Positions 9,207 to 17,440 of a DNA stretch of 64,000 nt are shown piece by piece (positions within the stretch are counted from its first letter, which is position 1; every line of letters begins with the position of its first letter). A model generated the notes under the pieces. It was not told where the DNA came from. It searched no databases and worked only from the letters and a program-made list of their open reading frames with translations. Where the stretch lies: NCBI GenBank assembly GCA_900314745.1, contig OMWK01000005.1, forward strand, positions 12,696 to 76,695. The letters run 5' to 3'. The position numbers and the translations under genes are program-made. The stretch comes from an uncultured Eubacteriales bacterium (lineage in GTDB: Bacteria; Bacillota; Clostridia; Saccharofermentanales; Saccharofermentanaceae).

Positions 9207-9800
9207 TTATACAGATTTTTGATCCGGCGCCAAAAGATAGAAAGCTTCGTGATCTTCCCATCTTCCGTTGATATGCATATATGAGATACGCCTGCCCTCG
9301 TGAACAAAACCGCACCGCCTGATAAGCGCCAGGGATTTCTCGTTATTCGGCAAGATAAATGCCTCTATGCGGTGTATCTTCATGACATCCATGATCATGC
9401 GGCAGGCCTCGGTAAGCGCCTCCGTCATATAGCCTTTTCCCGTCTCTTCCTCATCCATGTGATATCCCACGGCACAGCTCATCATGCCGCCGTAGGCAAA
9501 GTTGAAGAAGGTCACCCTCCCCAATATGCGGTCGGGTTCTCCCTTACGGAAAATATACAAAGGCACAAGCCTTCCTTCAGCATATTCACCGCAGTCGTAG
9601 CGCAGATAATCCTTCTGGGTGCGCTCGGTGAAGTAGCTGTCGCTGTGAGTCTGAGACCACTTCTTGTGAAAAGCCCTGTTGCGGATGAGGTAGTCTGCAA
9701 CCATCTTGGAAGAAGAGCGCTTAAGTACGGCAAGCCTCAGCCTGTCCGTCTCCATCGCGAATAGCTCATTGCCCCTTAACCTGTCCACTAATTCATACAT
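9207..9800 (-). CDS. RimJ/RimL-family GNAT N-acetyltransferase
   Basis: ETDRLRL, VGYHMDEEETGKGYMTEAL, HRIEAFILPNNEKSLALIRRCGFVHEG. Start moved to ATG 9800, coupled to the upstream stop. Confidence 0.88.
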   Translation of the reverse strand: MYELVDRLRGNELFAMETDRLRLAVLKRSSSKMVADYLIRNRAFHKKWSQTHSDSYFTERTQKDYLRYDCGEYAEGRLVPLYIFRKGEPDRILGRVTFFNFAYGGMMSCAVGYHMDEEETGKGYMTEALTEACRMIMDVMKIHRIEAFILPNNEKSLALIRRCGFVHEGRRISYMHINGRWEDHEAFYLLAPDQKSV

Positions 9801-9801
9801 A

Positions 9802-10533
9802 TTATTTCTGCCCTTCCTGCACGAAAGAAACAATCACATCAACCGTAATCGCGATCTGCGCTTCCCCCGTAATTGAAGATTCGCCGTCCCCCTTCTGCTT
9901 TCCGTACGACCCGAACTGGGCATGATTGCCGCCTTCGATTACGAACTCTTCTGCATTCGCAGGAACATTGGAACGGTCATTTATAAATGCTTCCATATCC
10001 ATCACATGGTCTTCCGATCCGTAGATAAGAAGCGCCCTCATCCCTGCAAGCGACTTTGTCGAGTACGAACCCAGAAGGATAATGCCGTCAAACTGCCTCT
10101 CATTCTCCGAAGCATAAAGAGCAGAAGCTGCGCCTCCCAGCGAATGTCCGCCGATATACCAATGATCGTATTCATACTCCGACATAACGTCTTCCGCTCC
10201 GTCACTGTTAAGAACCGCAAGCCTTGCCGGCATACTCACGAGCATCACATCAACACCCTGAGACGCCAGTTGGTGCAGTAAAGGTGCATACGCCTCCTCT
10301 TCCACTTTGCCTCCGGGATAAAACACAAACGCATTCTCAGAAGAAGACCCGTCGAAAAACCAGCCGTAATCGGTCCTGCTTATATTTACGTTCCCATCAG
10401 AAGAAAGCGCATCAATAGCAGTCTGATCCGCATGATAGTATGTCTGGGTATAGAATATGGTTCCCAACAGCAGCAACACCGAGAAGAAACATACAACCGT
10501 AAGCACTTTCCTTCTGTTAACCATGTAGTACAT
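9802..10533 (-). CDS. Alpha/beta hydrolase (Abhydrolase_5-like) with N-terminal anchor
   Basis: FYPGGKV oxyanion region, GGHSLGG nucleophile elbow, GSED, GGNHAQFG. Confidence 0.88.
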   Translation of the reverse strand: MYYMVNRRKVLTVVCFFSVLLLLGTIFYTQTYYHADQTAIDALSSDGNVNISRTDYGWFFDGSSSENAFVFYPGGKVEEEAYAPLLHQLASQGVDVMLVSMPARLAVLNSDGAEDVMSEYEYDHWYIGGHSLGGAASALYASENERQFDGIILLGSYSTKSLAGMRALLIYGSEDHVMDMEAFINDRSNVPANAEEFVIEGGNHAQFGSYGKQKGDGESSITGEAQIAITVDVIVSFVQEGQK

Positions 10534-10567
10534 TTTACATCTTTAGTGACGGCTGCGTAACATAAAC

Positions 10568-10596
10568 TTGACTTTGCGTATTCTTCCCCATATAAT
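10568..10596 (+). promoter_or_regulatory. Sigma-A promoter of tRNA-His/tRNA-Gln
   Basis: TTGACT-17 nt-TATAAT. Confidence 0.8.
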
Positions 10597-10621
10597 TCAT
10601 AGGCTGACAGAAAGCCGATAT

Positions 10622-10699
10622 GGTGGGATTAGTTCAGCTGGTTAGAGCGCCAGTTTGTGGCACTGGAAGTCATGGGTTCGAATCCCATATCCCACCCCA
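10622..10699 (+). tRNA. tRNA-His (GTG) with genome-encoded G-1 and CCA
   Basis: G-GTGGGAT...ATCCCAC-C-CCA acceptor; anticodon arm CCAGT-TTGTGGC-ACTGG; GGTTCGAATCC T-arm. Confidence 0.97.
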
Positions 10700-10720
10700 C
10701 TTATTTCTTAACCCTGTCAC

Positions 10721-10795
10721 TGGGGTGTCGCCAAGGGGTAAGGCACGGGTCTTTGACTCCCGTATTCGTAGGTTCAAATCCTGCCACCCCAGCCA
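10721..10795 (+). tRNA. tRNA-Gln (TTG), CCA encoded
   Basis: TGGGGTG...CACCCCA-G-CCA; anticodon loop CTTTGAC; GGTTCAAATCC. Confidence 0.96.
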
Positions 10796-10806
10796 TTACG
10801 ACATTT

Positions 10807-10834
10807 AAAAACTCTCGGATTCCCGAGAGTTTTT
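10807..10834. terminator. Bidirectional intrinsic terminator
   Basis: AAAAACTCTCGG-ATTC-CCGAGAGTTTTT between convergent genes. Confidence 0.85.
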
Positions 10835-10856
10835 GTTTGCTTATGTTTTCTGCTGA

Positions 10857-11840
10857 TCAGGACAGCTCTATCCGCGCACCGTTAAGCTGCGTTAACACCT
10901 GATATCCCCTGCCCGTATAGATCGATATATCCGCGGCAGCAGAATCGGGATATATTGTGATGTAGAACGCATGCTCGCCGTTCTCCTTAATATAAAGGCA
11001 GAGGTAATCTTCTCCCATCACATCACTTAACTTCGGGATCTGCTCCTCCCACACGCCGTTGAGGATCTCGAGCACATCCTCGTCAGTAAGCTCACCTTCA
11101 TCAACTTCAATGCCGGTAACTCTGTACTGCGCACTCTCGAAAAGCTCATCGTGGTCATCGCCGTAAGTAAAGTCACCGAAATACACAGAATCCGGCACGC
11201 TTTGCAGACTCATGTTATCAGGCATATCGTACTGTTCGTTAATATAAGCTTCAAAGTCTTCCTCAAAGGTCTCATCCCAACGCATATAGGTCTTAAAGAG
11301 ATCATCATAAAAATCGTCGTCTTCAGACGTATACACATAGAAATAACCGTCCTCGGGGAGCACGGGAGACGTAACACGGTACTGTCTGTCATCATAATTG
11401 GTCAGAGTAATGGTTATATCGCTTGTAACTTCTTCGCCGTATTTGTCGGAAAGGTACTCGATAATGAGTTCTCTGTCAGCATCGATCAGTTCTTTCTTCT
11501 TCACCTCGTAGTAGATACCGGTAGCAAGTATAGCCGTGACCAAAGAAGCAACAACAGCGATAGTGACTATCTTCAGCACCTTATGTTTCCTGATATAAGC
11601 AATTCCGAATATCAACTGGTAGAGGATACAGATCGGATATATCGGGACGACACACAACCACAGGAAACAATTCGCTATAGCATCGAATCCGTAAATGTAC
11701 GGACCGCCGAACAAACCGGACTGAACACCGTGTATCCCGACTTCGATAAGCGGGACAAATGGAAGATAGCTCAAGAAAAATAGGACAACGCCTATTATTC
11801 CGAATACTTTCTTTGCTTTACCTTTGTTTTGAGATGCCAT
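10857..11840 (-). CDS. Hypothetical membrane protein (about 3 N-terminal TM helices plus a strongly acidic soluble domain)
   Basis: RBS GGGGAGGTG before ATG 11840; own promoter TTGACA-16-TATTAT at 11865-11892; no family recognised. Confidence 0.8.
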   Translation of the reverse strand: MASQNKGKAKKVFGIIGVVLFFLSYLPFVPLIEVGIHGVQSGLFGGPYIYGFDAIANCFLWLCVVPIYPICILYQLIFGIAYIRKHKVLKIVTIAVVASLVTAILATGIYYEVKKKELIDADRELIIEYLSDKYGEEVTSDITITLTNYDDRQYRVTSPVLPEDGYFYVYTSEDDDFYDDLFKTYMRWDETFEEDFEAYINEQYDMPDNMSLQSVPDSVYFGDFTYGDDHDELFESAQYRVTGIEVDEGELTDEDVLEILNGVWEEQIPKLSDVMGEDYLCLYIKENGEHAFYITIYPDSAAADISIYTGRGYQVLTQLNGARIELS

Positions 11841-11936
11841 ATCTATCACCTCCCCGTTAAGGTGATAATACAATATTTATTTTGATTGTCAAAGTATCTT
11901 TAAGAAATTCACACAATTTGCCACAATTCCGAACAC

Positions 11937-11975
11937 AAGAAACCCCTCTGCAAGTACGTAGCAGAGGGGTTTCTT
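11937..11975 (-). terminator. Intrinsic terminator of tRNA-Lys
   Basis: Perfect 15-bp arms AAGAAACCCCTCTGC / GCAGAGGGGTTTCTT with a 9-nt loop. Confidence 0.85.
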
Positions 11976-11982
11976 ATGTATT

Positions 11983-12058
11983 TGGTGACCCATTCGGGGC
12001 TTGAACCCGAGGCCCCTTGATTAAAAGTCAAGTGCTCTACCAACTGAGCTAATGGATC
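11983..12058 (-). tRNA. tRNA-Lys (TTT), CCA encoded
   Basis: GATCCATTAGCTCAGTTGGTAGAGCACTTGACTTTTAATCAAGGGGCCTCGGGTTCAAGCCCCGAATGGGTCACCA. Confidence 0.97.
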
Positions 12059-12072
12059 ATAAGAGCCATTGA

Positions 12073-12101
12073 ATTATAAGGTAATAGCATGCTTAAATCA
12101 A
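12073..12101 (-). promoter_or_regulatory. Sigma-A promoter of tRNA-Lys
   Basis: TTGATT-17 nt-TATAAT on the minus strand. Confidence 0.7.
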
Positions 12102-12104
12102 GAA

Positions 12105-13730
12105 TCACTTCTGCTCTTCATCCTTGACAATAAGTGTCGCAGAACCGTAAGCCTTAAGTGGTCTGCCGTTCTCGTCGAACTCCGTTGTATACTTAACCCG
12201 GAACGGGATCCGCTCGGCTGTCAGAGGTATCACACCCTCAAGGTGCTCGACACCCTGAGCAAGCTTGCGATGCCAGTCCATATACATATCGTAGTAGTCC
12301 ATCGGGAACAGTCCGCTGTCGAATACGGGCTGAGGATAGTTCTCAACCACCGCAGGAACGCCCAGGTCTCTCATGCATCTTAAGCACGGTCTCATCTTCT
12401 TTGTGGAAATCTCATATTCCCATGCATAAGTATTGTTGTTCTCGCTTGCCATGCGGAACTTCTTCTCGCTGTCTGCAAGAGCCTCGAAGCGTCTTCTGTC
12501 CGAAGTGATGTTTCTTACCATAGCGTAGAAAAGATACTGATCGCCTGCGCGGCCTATCATGCGAAGCTCATTTCTGACGAGAATCTTCTCTTCCCCGCAG
12601 ATCTTCGAACAAATCGTTGCCCAGACCTCACAGGTAACTTCTTCCTCAGTTATGATGGCATCGTTAAGGGCGTCAATGAACTTTCTTACGTTAAACTCAT
12701 CCATTGCCCCGAGAAGATCAAATCCAAGCATCTCCTTGGCAGTGAGATTCATGCCGATCTCTCTTATGTATTTCTCGTTGACCCTTACGAACTCTATCTT
12801 CTTATCCCTGAATGTAAAAACAGCGGCAGGTCCGGACATATGATTAAACAGCAGTGTCTCGATCGACTGCGGATCCCAGAACCTTCCGGTCTTAATGGAA
12901 TGCATCAGTTCATTAGAAGCGACTACGGGCTCATGGTCGAGCTTCATAAGCTTCTCACGGAACTCATCTTCCTCAAGAGGCTTCGAGTACAGATAACCCT
13001 GTATGTAGTTGCAGCCGATGCTCTTCATGTAGTCCGCCTGCTCATTTGTCTCGACGCCTTCTGCAACGACCGGTGTATTGAGCCACTTGGTCATCTGAAC
13101 GATGGAACTTATGATGGCGCCTCCTCTTCCTCCTATGTCACCTGACAGGAAGTTCATGTCAAGTTTGATGACATCGACATCAAGGTCCTTAAGGACGTTA
13201 AGCGATGAATAACCGCTTCCGAAGTCATCCATCTCCACCTTGTACCCGAGCTCGTGGAACTTATCGATAACATCCGTCATAAGCTCCATGCCTCCAATCG
13301 CTGATGTCTCAGTAATCTCGATATGAATATACTCAACAGGAATGTCGTACTCCTTACGGATGCACTCGACCTGCTCCACATAATCGTGGTTATATACGTC
13401 ATAGCGCGACATGTTTACAGATATCGGTACAACAGGAAAGCCTTCATCAATACACTTTCTTAGAAATTTGCAGACATTCTCACACACAACAAGATCTGCA
13501 CTGAAGACCATATCGTTCTTCTCGAATACCGGAATGAAATCAGACGGCATCTGAAGACCGTAAAGCGGATGCTTCATACGCATAAGAGCCTCCGCACCGA
13601 TCATTCGTCCGGTAACGTGATTCATCTTAGGCTGATAAACATTATAGATATGACCGTAGTTAACGGCATCAAAGAAATATGATACGAGTTCCTGTTCGGT
13701 CATCTTGCGCTTGGCATCAGAGTCTGGCAT
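12105..13730 (-). CDS. EAL-domain c-di-GMP phosphodiesterase with C-terminal PAS-like region(s)
   Basis: YQPK, GAEALMR, SVNMS, IEITET, MDDFGSGYSSL, IKLD, VAEGVE, IQGYLYSKP all present; no GGDEF. Confidence 0.9.
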   Translation of the reverse strand: MPDSDAKRKMTEQELVSYFFDAVNYGHIYNVYQPKMNHVTGRMIGAEALMRMKHPLYGLQMPSDFIPVFEKNDMVFSADLVVCENVCKFLRKCIDEGFPVVPISVNMSRYDVYNHDYVEQVECIRKEYDIPVEYIHIEITETSAIGGMELMTDVIDKFHELGYKVEMDDFGSGYSSLNVLKDLDVDVIKLDMNFLSGDIGGRGGAIISSIVQMTKWLNTPVVAEGVETNEQADYMKSIGCNYIQGYLYSKPLEEDEFREKLMKLDHEPVVASNELMHSIKTGRFWDPQSIETLLFNHMSGPAAVFTFRDKKIEFVRVNEKYIREIGMNLTAKEMLGFDLLGAMDEFNVRKFIDALNDAIITEEEVTCEVWATICSKICGEEKILVRNELRMIGRAGDQYLFYAMVRNITSDRRRFEALADSEKKFRMASENNNTYAWEYEISTKKMRPCLRCMRDLGVPAVVENYPQPVFDSGLFPMDYYDMYMDWHRKLAQGVEHLEGVIPLTAERIPFRVKYTTEFDENGRPLKAYGSATLIVKDEEQK

Positions 13731-13768
13731 AAGTGGCCCCCGGAAGTTTCAGACTTTAATTCATTATA

Positions 13769-14005
13769 TCAGAATTCATCGACCTCGAGGATGTCATAAT
13801 GCACGTAAGAGGTCACCGGCTCCTGTGCAATGTAGGTAACGGGATCGGGATTGTGGTCATCTATCACGGGCAAAGTCTCTTCCGACGCTTCCGCGCTTAC
13901 TTCAGGCACGCTTAAGGCCCTTACCTGATTTATGTGATGCAGTGCACCCGCTGCCAAAGCGGCGAGACAAACCGCGCCAACTGCTTCTTTAACTCTCTTC
14001 TTCAA
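13769..14005 (-). CDS. Small hypothetical exported or membrane-anchored protein (78 aa)
   Basis: TTG start 6 nt after the upstream stop; basic N-terminus plus hydrophobic stretch followed by an acidic tail; fills an otherwise empty gap. Confidence 0.5.
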   Translation of the reverse strand: MKKRVKEAVGAVCLAALAAGALHHINQVRALSVPEVSAEASEETLPVIDDHNPDPVTYIAQEPVTSYVHYDILEVDEF

Positions 14006-14011
14006 ATATAC

Positions 14012-14989
14012 TTATCCCCAGTAATTGAACTTAACGCGCTCGGCGAAAGGCTTCTTGCTCGGAGCATGGAAATCATCCGCGGCTTTGCCTACGGGAAGGA
14101 TGCACACCACGTCATAACCTTCCGGCACATTAAGGATCTGTGCGATCTTATCGCAGATTCTATCCTCATCTGTTATATGGCCTTCATACCAGCAGCTTTG
14201 ATATCCGAGTTCCACTATTGCAAGCAGCATGTTCTCTATCGCTGCAGAATAATCCTGTATAGCAAAGCAGCGGTCGCGGTAAGCATTTATCTTACGCGAC
14301 AGCACAACGATCATCGCGGGGGCTGTCTGCGCAACCGGAGGATCAATGACAGCCTTAATGCGGTCGAGCACGTCCCTGTCATCGACTACTATAAGATCCG
14401 TCGTCTGCTTATTGCAGCCGGAAGGCGCATCGATACCACATGATGCAATCGCCATGAGGTCCTCCTTCGGTACAGGCTCATCCTTAAACTTTCCGCGGTA
14501 GCTGTGGCGCGTCGCGATGGTCTGCACGGCAGACTTAAGGCTCATGATGTAGATCTGGCACGGGTTCGCCTCATCCCAGTAAGTCTCGAGCACCTCAAGT
14601 TCCCTGAAGCCGAGACTTCTGTAAAATGCATTTGTAATGTCGTAATCCGGGTACATGCCGCTTCTTACCGTCTTCACCTGTATGTAAGAGAACCCCTTGG
14701 CACAAGCGTAATCCTTCGCCGCAGCGAAAAGCCTGCGCCCTACTCCTTTTCGATGGCTTTCCTTAAGCACACCCATAACAGCGAGCTCCACAGTGGTATC
14801 TCCGGTCTCCTTAAGGCAGAGAAAGCCCACCGGCTTCTCACCGTCATAGTAAGCAAAGAAAGGACATTCCTGAGAATCCCTTATGTAACCTTCACGGCTC
14901 TCCTCGACCTCGAACCACTCGGTAAGCGCTTCGAGTATAGAGCGGGAGATTTCCTTCTTAGTTTCCCTATCCTCAATAAATCTGATCAT
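14012..14989 (-). CDS. GNAT acetyltransferase - nitroreductase fusion
   Basis: N-half: VELAVMGVLKESHRKGVGRRL, TNAFYRSLGF. C-half: IATRHSYRGKF, APSGCNKQ, DYSAAIENMLLAIVELGYQSCW, CILPVG. Confidence 0.88.
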   Translation of the reverse strand: MIRFIEDRETKKEISRSILEALTEWFEVEESREGYIRDSQECPFFAYYDGEKPVGFLCLKETGDTTVELAVMGVLKESHRKGVGRRLFAAAKDYACAKGFSYIQVKTVRSGMYPDYDITNAFYRSLGFRELEVLETYWDEANPCQIYIMSLKSAVQTIATRHSYRGKFKDEPVPKEDLMAIASCGIDAPSGCNKQTTDLIVVDDRDVLDRIKAVIDPPVAQTAPAMIVVLSRKINAYRDRCFAIQDYSAAIENMLLAIVELGYQSCWYEGHITDEDRICDKIAQILNVPEGYDVVCILPVGKAADDFHAPSKKPFAERVKFNYWG

Positions 14990-15711
14990 TACAGATGCTC
15001 CAGCATTGATTCATATAGTCCCGGCACCATAGAGGTACTAAGTACCATAATCACGGTGGCAAGGTCAATTAGCGCATGCCCTATCATTATAGGCAGCGGA
15101 TTCCGGTTCTTATAGTAATGCCAACACAGTATTATAGTCAAAGGCAAAAACGAGAAGAACCTGTAAAGAACATACTTCAGGTCAAACATTGTCGGAATGA
15201 AGCAGTGCTGCAGTGCGAAGAAGAATGCAGGAACAAGTATCGCTGCCGCCTTGTTTGTTATGCCGTTAACGCCGAATCCGAGATACAGTCCGTCCTCGGC
15301 AAGTGCGGTGGTTACAGGAAGCAGAAGGAAAACGAGAATTGCAACCGGCTTGCTCAATGGAGCTGCCATCATCGCCGCCTCCAAAGGCATTACAGTACCA
15401 TAGATGACAAACGCCGACAGATACATACCTCCCATACCGACAACCAGGACCAGAAGCGATATGAGGATGACCTGCTTTACAGATGTCTTTCCTTTCTCAT
15501 AGTTTATCTTCTCTTTGAATGTCTTTCCTTCCTGACGCGCATAGTAGAACAGAAGGATTATCGTAAACAGATTTACTGCCACCGCCACAGGCGTCCACCA
15601 GGAAGTTACCTCACTTAATTCCCTGCCTGAAATCGACATTATGCAAATGTAAATGATTAAGAACAAACTCGACCTCAAAGGAAGCAGAAATGCAGCATTA
15701 GTATTTTCCAT
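14989..15711 (-). CDS. CPBP (CAAX/Abi) family intramembrane glutamic endopeptidase
   Basis: Multi-TM; ALAEDGLYLG (EExxxR variant), FFALQH, HALIDL. Confidence 0.78.
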   Translation of the reverse strand: MENTNAAFLLPLRSSLFLIIYICIMSISGRELSEVTSWWTPVAVAVNLFTIILLFYYARQEGKTFKEKINYEKGKTSVKQVILISLLVLVVGMGGMYLSAFVIYGTVMPLEAAMMAAPLSKPVAILVFLLLPVTTALAEDGLYLGFGVNGITNKAAAILVPAFFFALQHCFIPTMFDLKYVLYRFFSFLPLTIILCWHYYKNRNPLPIMIGHALIDLATVIMVLSTSMVPGLYESMLEHL

Positions 15712-16282
15712 CAGATGCCCTCTCTTTCATGACAAACGCTTCGGAAGCGCTCTTGATCATATTCATGGCTGCCTTAAGCGTTGATTTAAAGACCCCGGTA
15801 GCAATCATTGCCGCTATTCCGTGTGAATAAATAACAGTATTGTTTACGACACGCAAAGAAGCTTCGGGTGTAAGACCGGTGTCACCGGAGATGCCCGCTA
15901 TAAGCTTCTCGTTCACCTGCCCCTTGGGAAGATCTTCAATGCTGTACGGCTTGCTTACAGGACCTTCGCCCAAGTACAGAAATTTAAAAAGATTCGGCTC
16001 TTTGATCGCAGTCTCAATGTATGAACTGCCCAGCTTCTCAAAAGCATCCGCGCCGGAAGTTCCGGACAGATCCGTCTTATTGGAGACATATTCCGACGCA
16101 TATTCATAAAGAGCCTTACGAAGGCCTTCCATATTATCAAAATGCCATGCGATGGGCTGAGTGGAACACCCTATCCTCTTTGCCAGTGTATGAATGCTTA
16201 ACGAACGGTATCCTTCTTCGATCAGCATATCAAGTGCATTCTGAAGAATGATCTCTTTTGTGATAGTAACTTTACGAGCCAT
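15698..16282 (-). CDS. TetR/AcrR family transcriptional regulator
   Basis: N-terminal HTH ILQNALDMLIEEGYRSLSIHTLAKRIGCSTQPIAWHF. Confidence 0.92.
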   Translation of the reverse strand: MARKVTITKEIILQNALDMLIEEGYRSLSIHTLAKRIGCSTQPIAWHFDNMEGLRKALYEYASEYVSNKTDLSGTSGADAFEKLGSSYIETAIKEPNLFKFLYLGEGPVSKPYSIEDLPKGQVNEKLIAGISGDTGLTPEASLRVVNNTVIYSHGIAAMIATGVFKSTLKAAMNMIKSASEAFVMKERASDGKY

Positions 16283-16292
16283 TTGACCACCT

Positions 16293-16351
16293 TAATATAA
16301 CAGTTATTATATAACAACTGTTATATTATTCAAAGTCAGTCTGGTTGTCAA
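16293..16351 (-). promoter_or_regulatory. TetR operon promoter with a perfect 13-bp inverted-repeat operator
   Basis: TTGACA (16346-16351)-17-TAATAT. Arms TAATATAACAGTT (16293-16305) and AACTGTTATATTA (16316-16328) cover the -10 and start site. Confidence 0.8.
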
Positions 16352-16355
16352 CTAA

Positions 16356-17435
16356 CTATCTTAAGTAAAACTTCCTGAAATCATCAAAATCATTGATGCC
16401 ATAATCAGAATATGAGAAATCACCCTGCTCTATGCGGATCCTCTCATACCAGTCCAAAGTCTCATCGATATTAGGCGTATCAACTCCGGCGAAGACTCCT
16501 ATCTGCTTGATAATAGAGAGTCCGTAAGAGAAATCCGCAGTAAAATACCTCGAATGAAGATCCGGTATGAATTTCCCGTCAACTTCAACCGAAGGCGTAG
16601 TCAGGCCTCTGAATGCCGGTATCCATGATATCTTAGCCGTCATCGCCTCTACAGTCGGACTCTCATAATGTATGCGGAGCGACTTTACAAATTCGAGCCT
16701 GAACTCAGGCAGAGCTTTACAGATACTCTGTTCCTCTTCATCGCATGCGATGAGAAGCCTCGACGATGCATCATCCCATTCCTCATAGAACAAAGGCAGA
16801 CTGTCATAGACAACACCCGGCTTATAATCCCCGAATATAGTCCTCAGTCTGGTCGTATGAAGTATCGGATTAGACGGAGTCATCGTAAGGTTAAGATAGT
16901 TCGGGATCGGCTTACACGGCTTGTCATAGATTGACGATATGAGTTCACAGCACCTGTCAACTTCACTCGCAGGCAATGACGCAACATGCAGTTCTCCTCT
17001 GTAACCCATTGATCTTACGGTCCTGCCCTTCACGACTAATCTCGCAATAGCAGGAACGCGCTCAATCGCGAAGAACGTGTTGCCGCGTTCAATGCACATA
17101 GCGAATGCACACTCACTTCCGCCGTTCCCCGGGACCACACCTATTATGGCGTCAGGCCTCGCATGCTCGTATATAACGGATGCGATATCCCTCATCATCG
17201 ACGAGGGCAGTGTGATCATAATGAAATCCGCGTCAGAAAAAGCTTCTGAAGGATCATTCGTAGCTTTACGAATGTCTCCTTCCAAAGTAGTTACATCATT
17301 CTCATCAACGATATTAAGGTGAGAACCGAAGACTTCCGGCTTAGAGGTATAGGCGGTCACGTCGTGCCCCTTAGAAGCACAGTGCACCATGAACTGCGTG
17401 CCTATGTTACCGCCCCCGACTACAGTTATCCTCAT
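16356..17435 (-). CDS. NAD/NADP octopine/nopaline (opine) dehydrogenase family protein
   Basis: Rossmann VVGGGNIG; LTMTPSNPILHT, LFYEEWD, SRYFTADFSYGL. Confidence 0.85.
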   Translation of the reverse strand: MRITVVGGGNIGTQFMVHCASKGHDVTAYTSKPEVFGSHLNIVDENDVTTLEGDIRKATNDPSEAFSDADFIMITLPSSMMRDIASVIYEHARPDAIIGVVPGNGGSECAFAMCIERGNTFFAIERVPAIARLVVKGRTVRSMGYRGELHVASLPASEVDRCCELISSIYDKPCKPIPNYLNLTMTPSNPILHTTRLRTIFGDYKPGVVYDSLPLFYEEWDDASSRLLIACDEEEQSICKALPEFRLEFVKSLRIHYESPTVEAMTAKISWIPAFRGLTTPSVEVDGKFIPDLHSRYFTADFSYGLSIIKQIGVFAGVDTPNIDETLDWYERIRIEQGDFSYSDYGINDFDDFRKFYLR

Positions 17436-17440
17436 GGTTC

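Noticed and set aside
10746-10763. U31-U39 mismatch in the tRNA-Gln anticodon stem as a sign of a pseudo-tRNA
   Set aside because: All other arms, the CCA, promoter and terminator are intact; a single mismatch next to the loop is tolerated.
16356-17435. Staphylopine/pseudopaline-type metallophore locus
   Set aside because: No nicotianamine synthase, racemase or metal ABC importer is adjacent.
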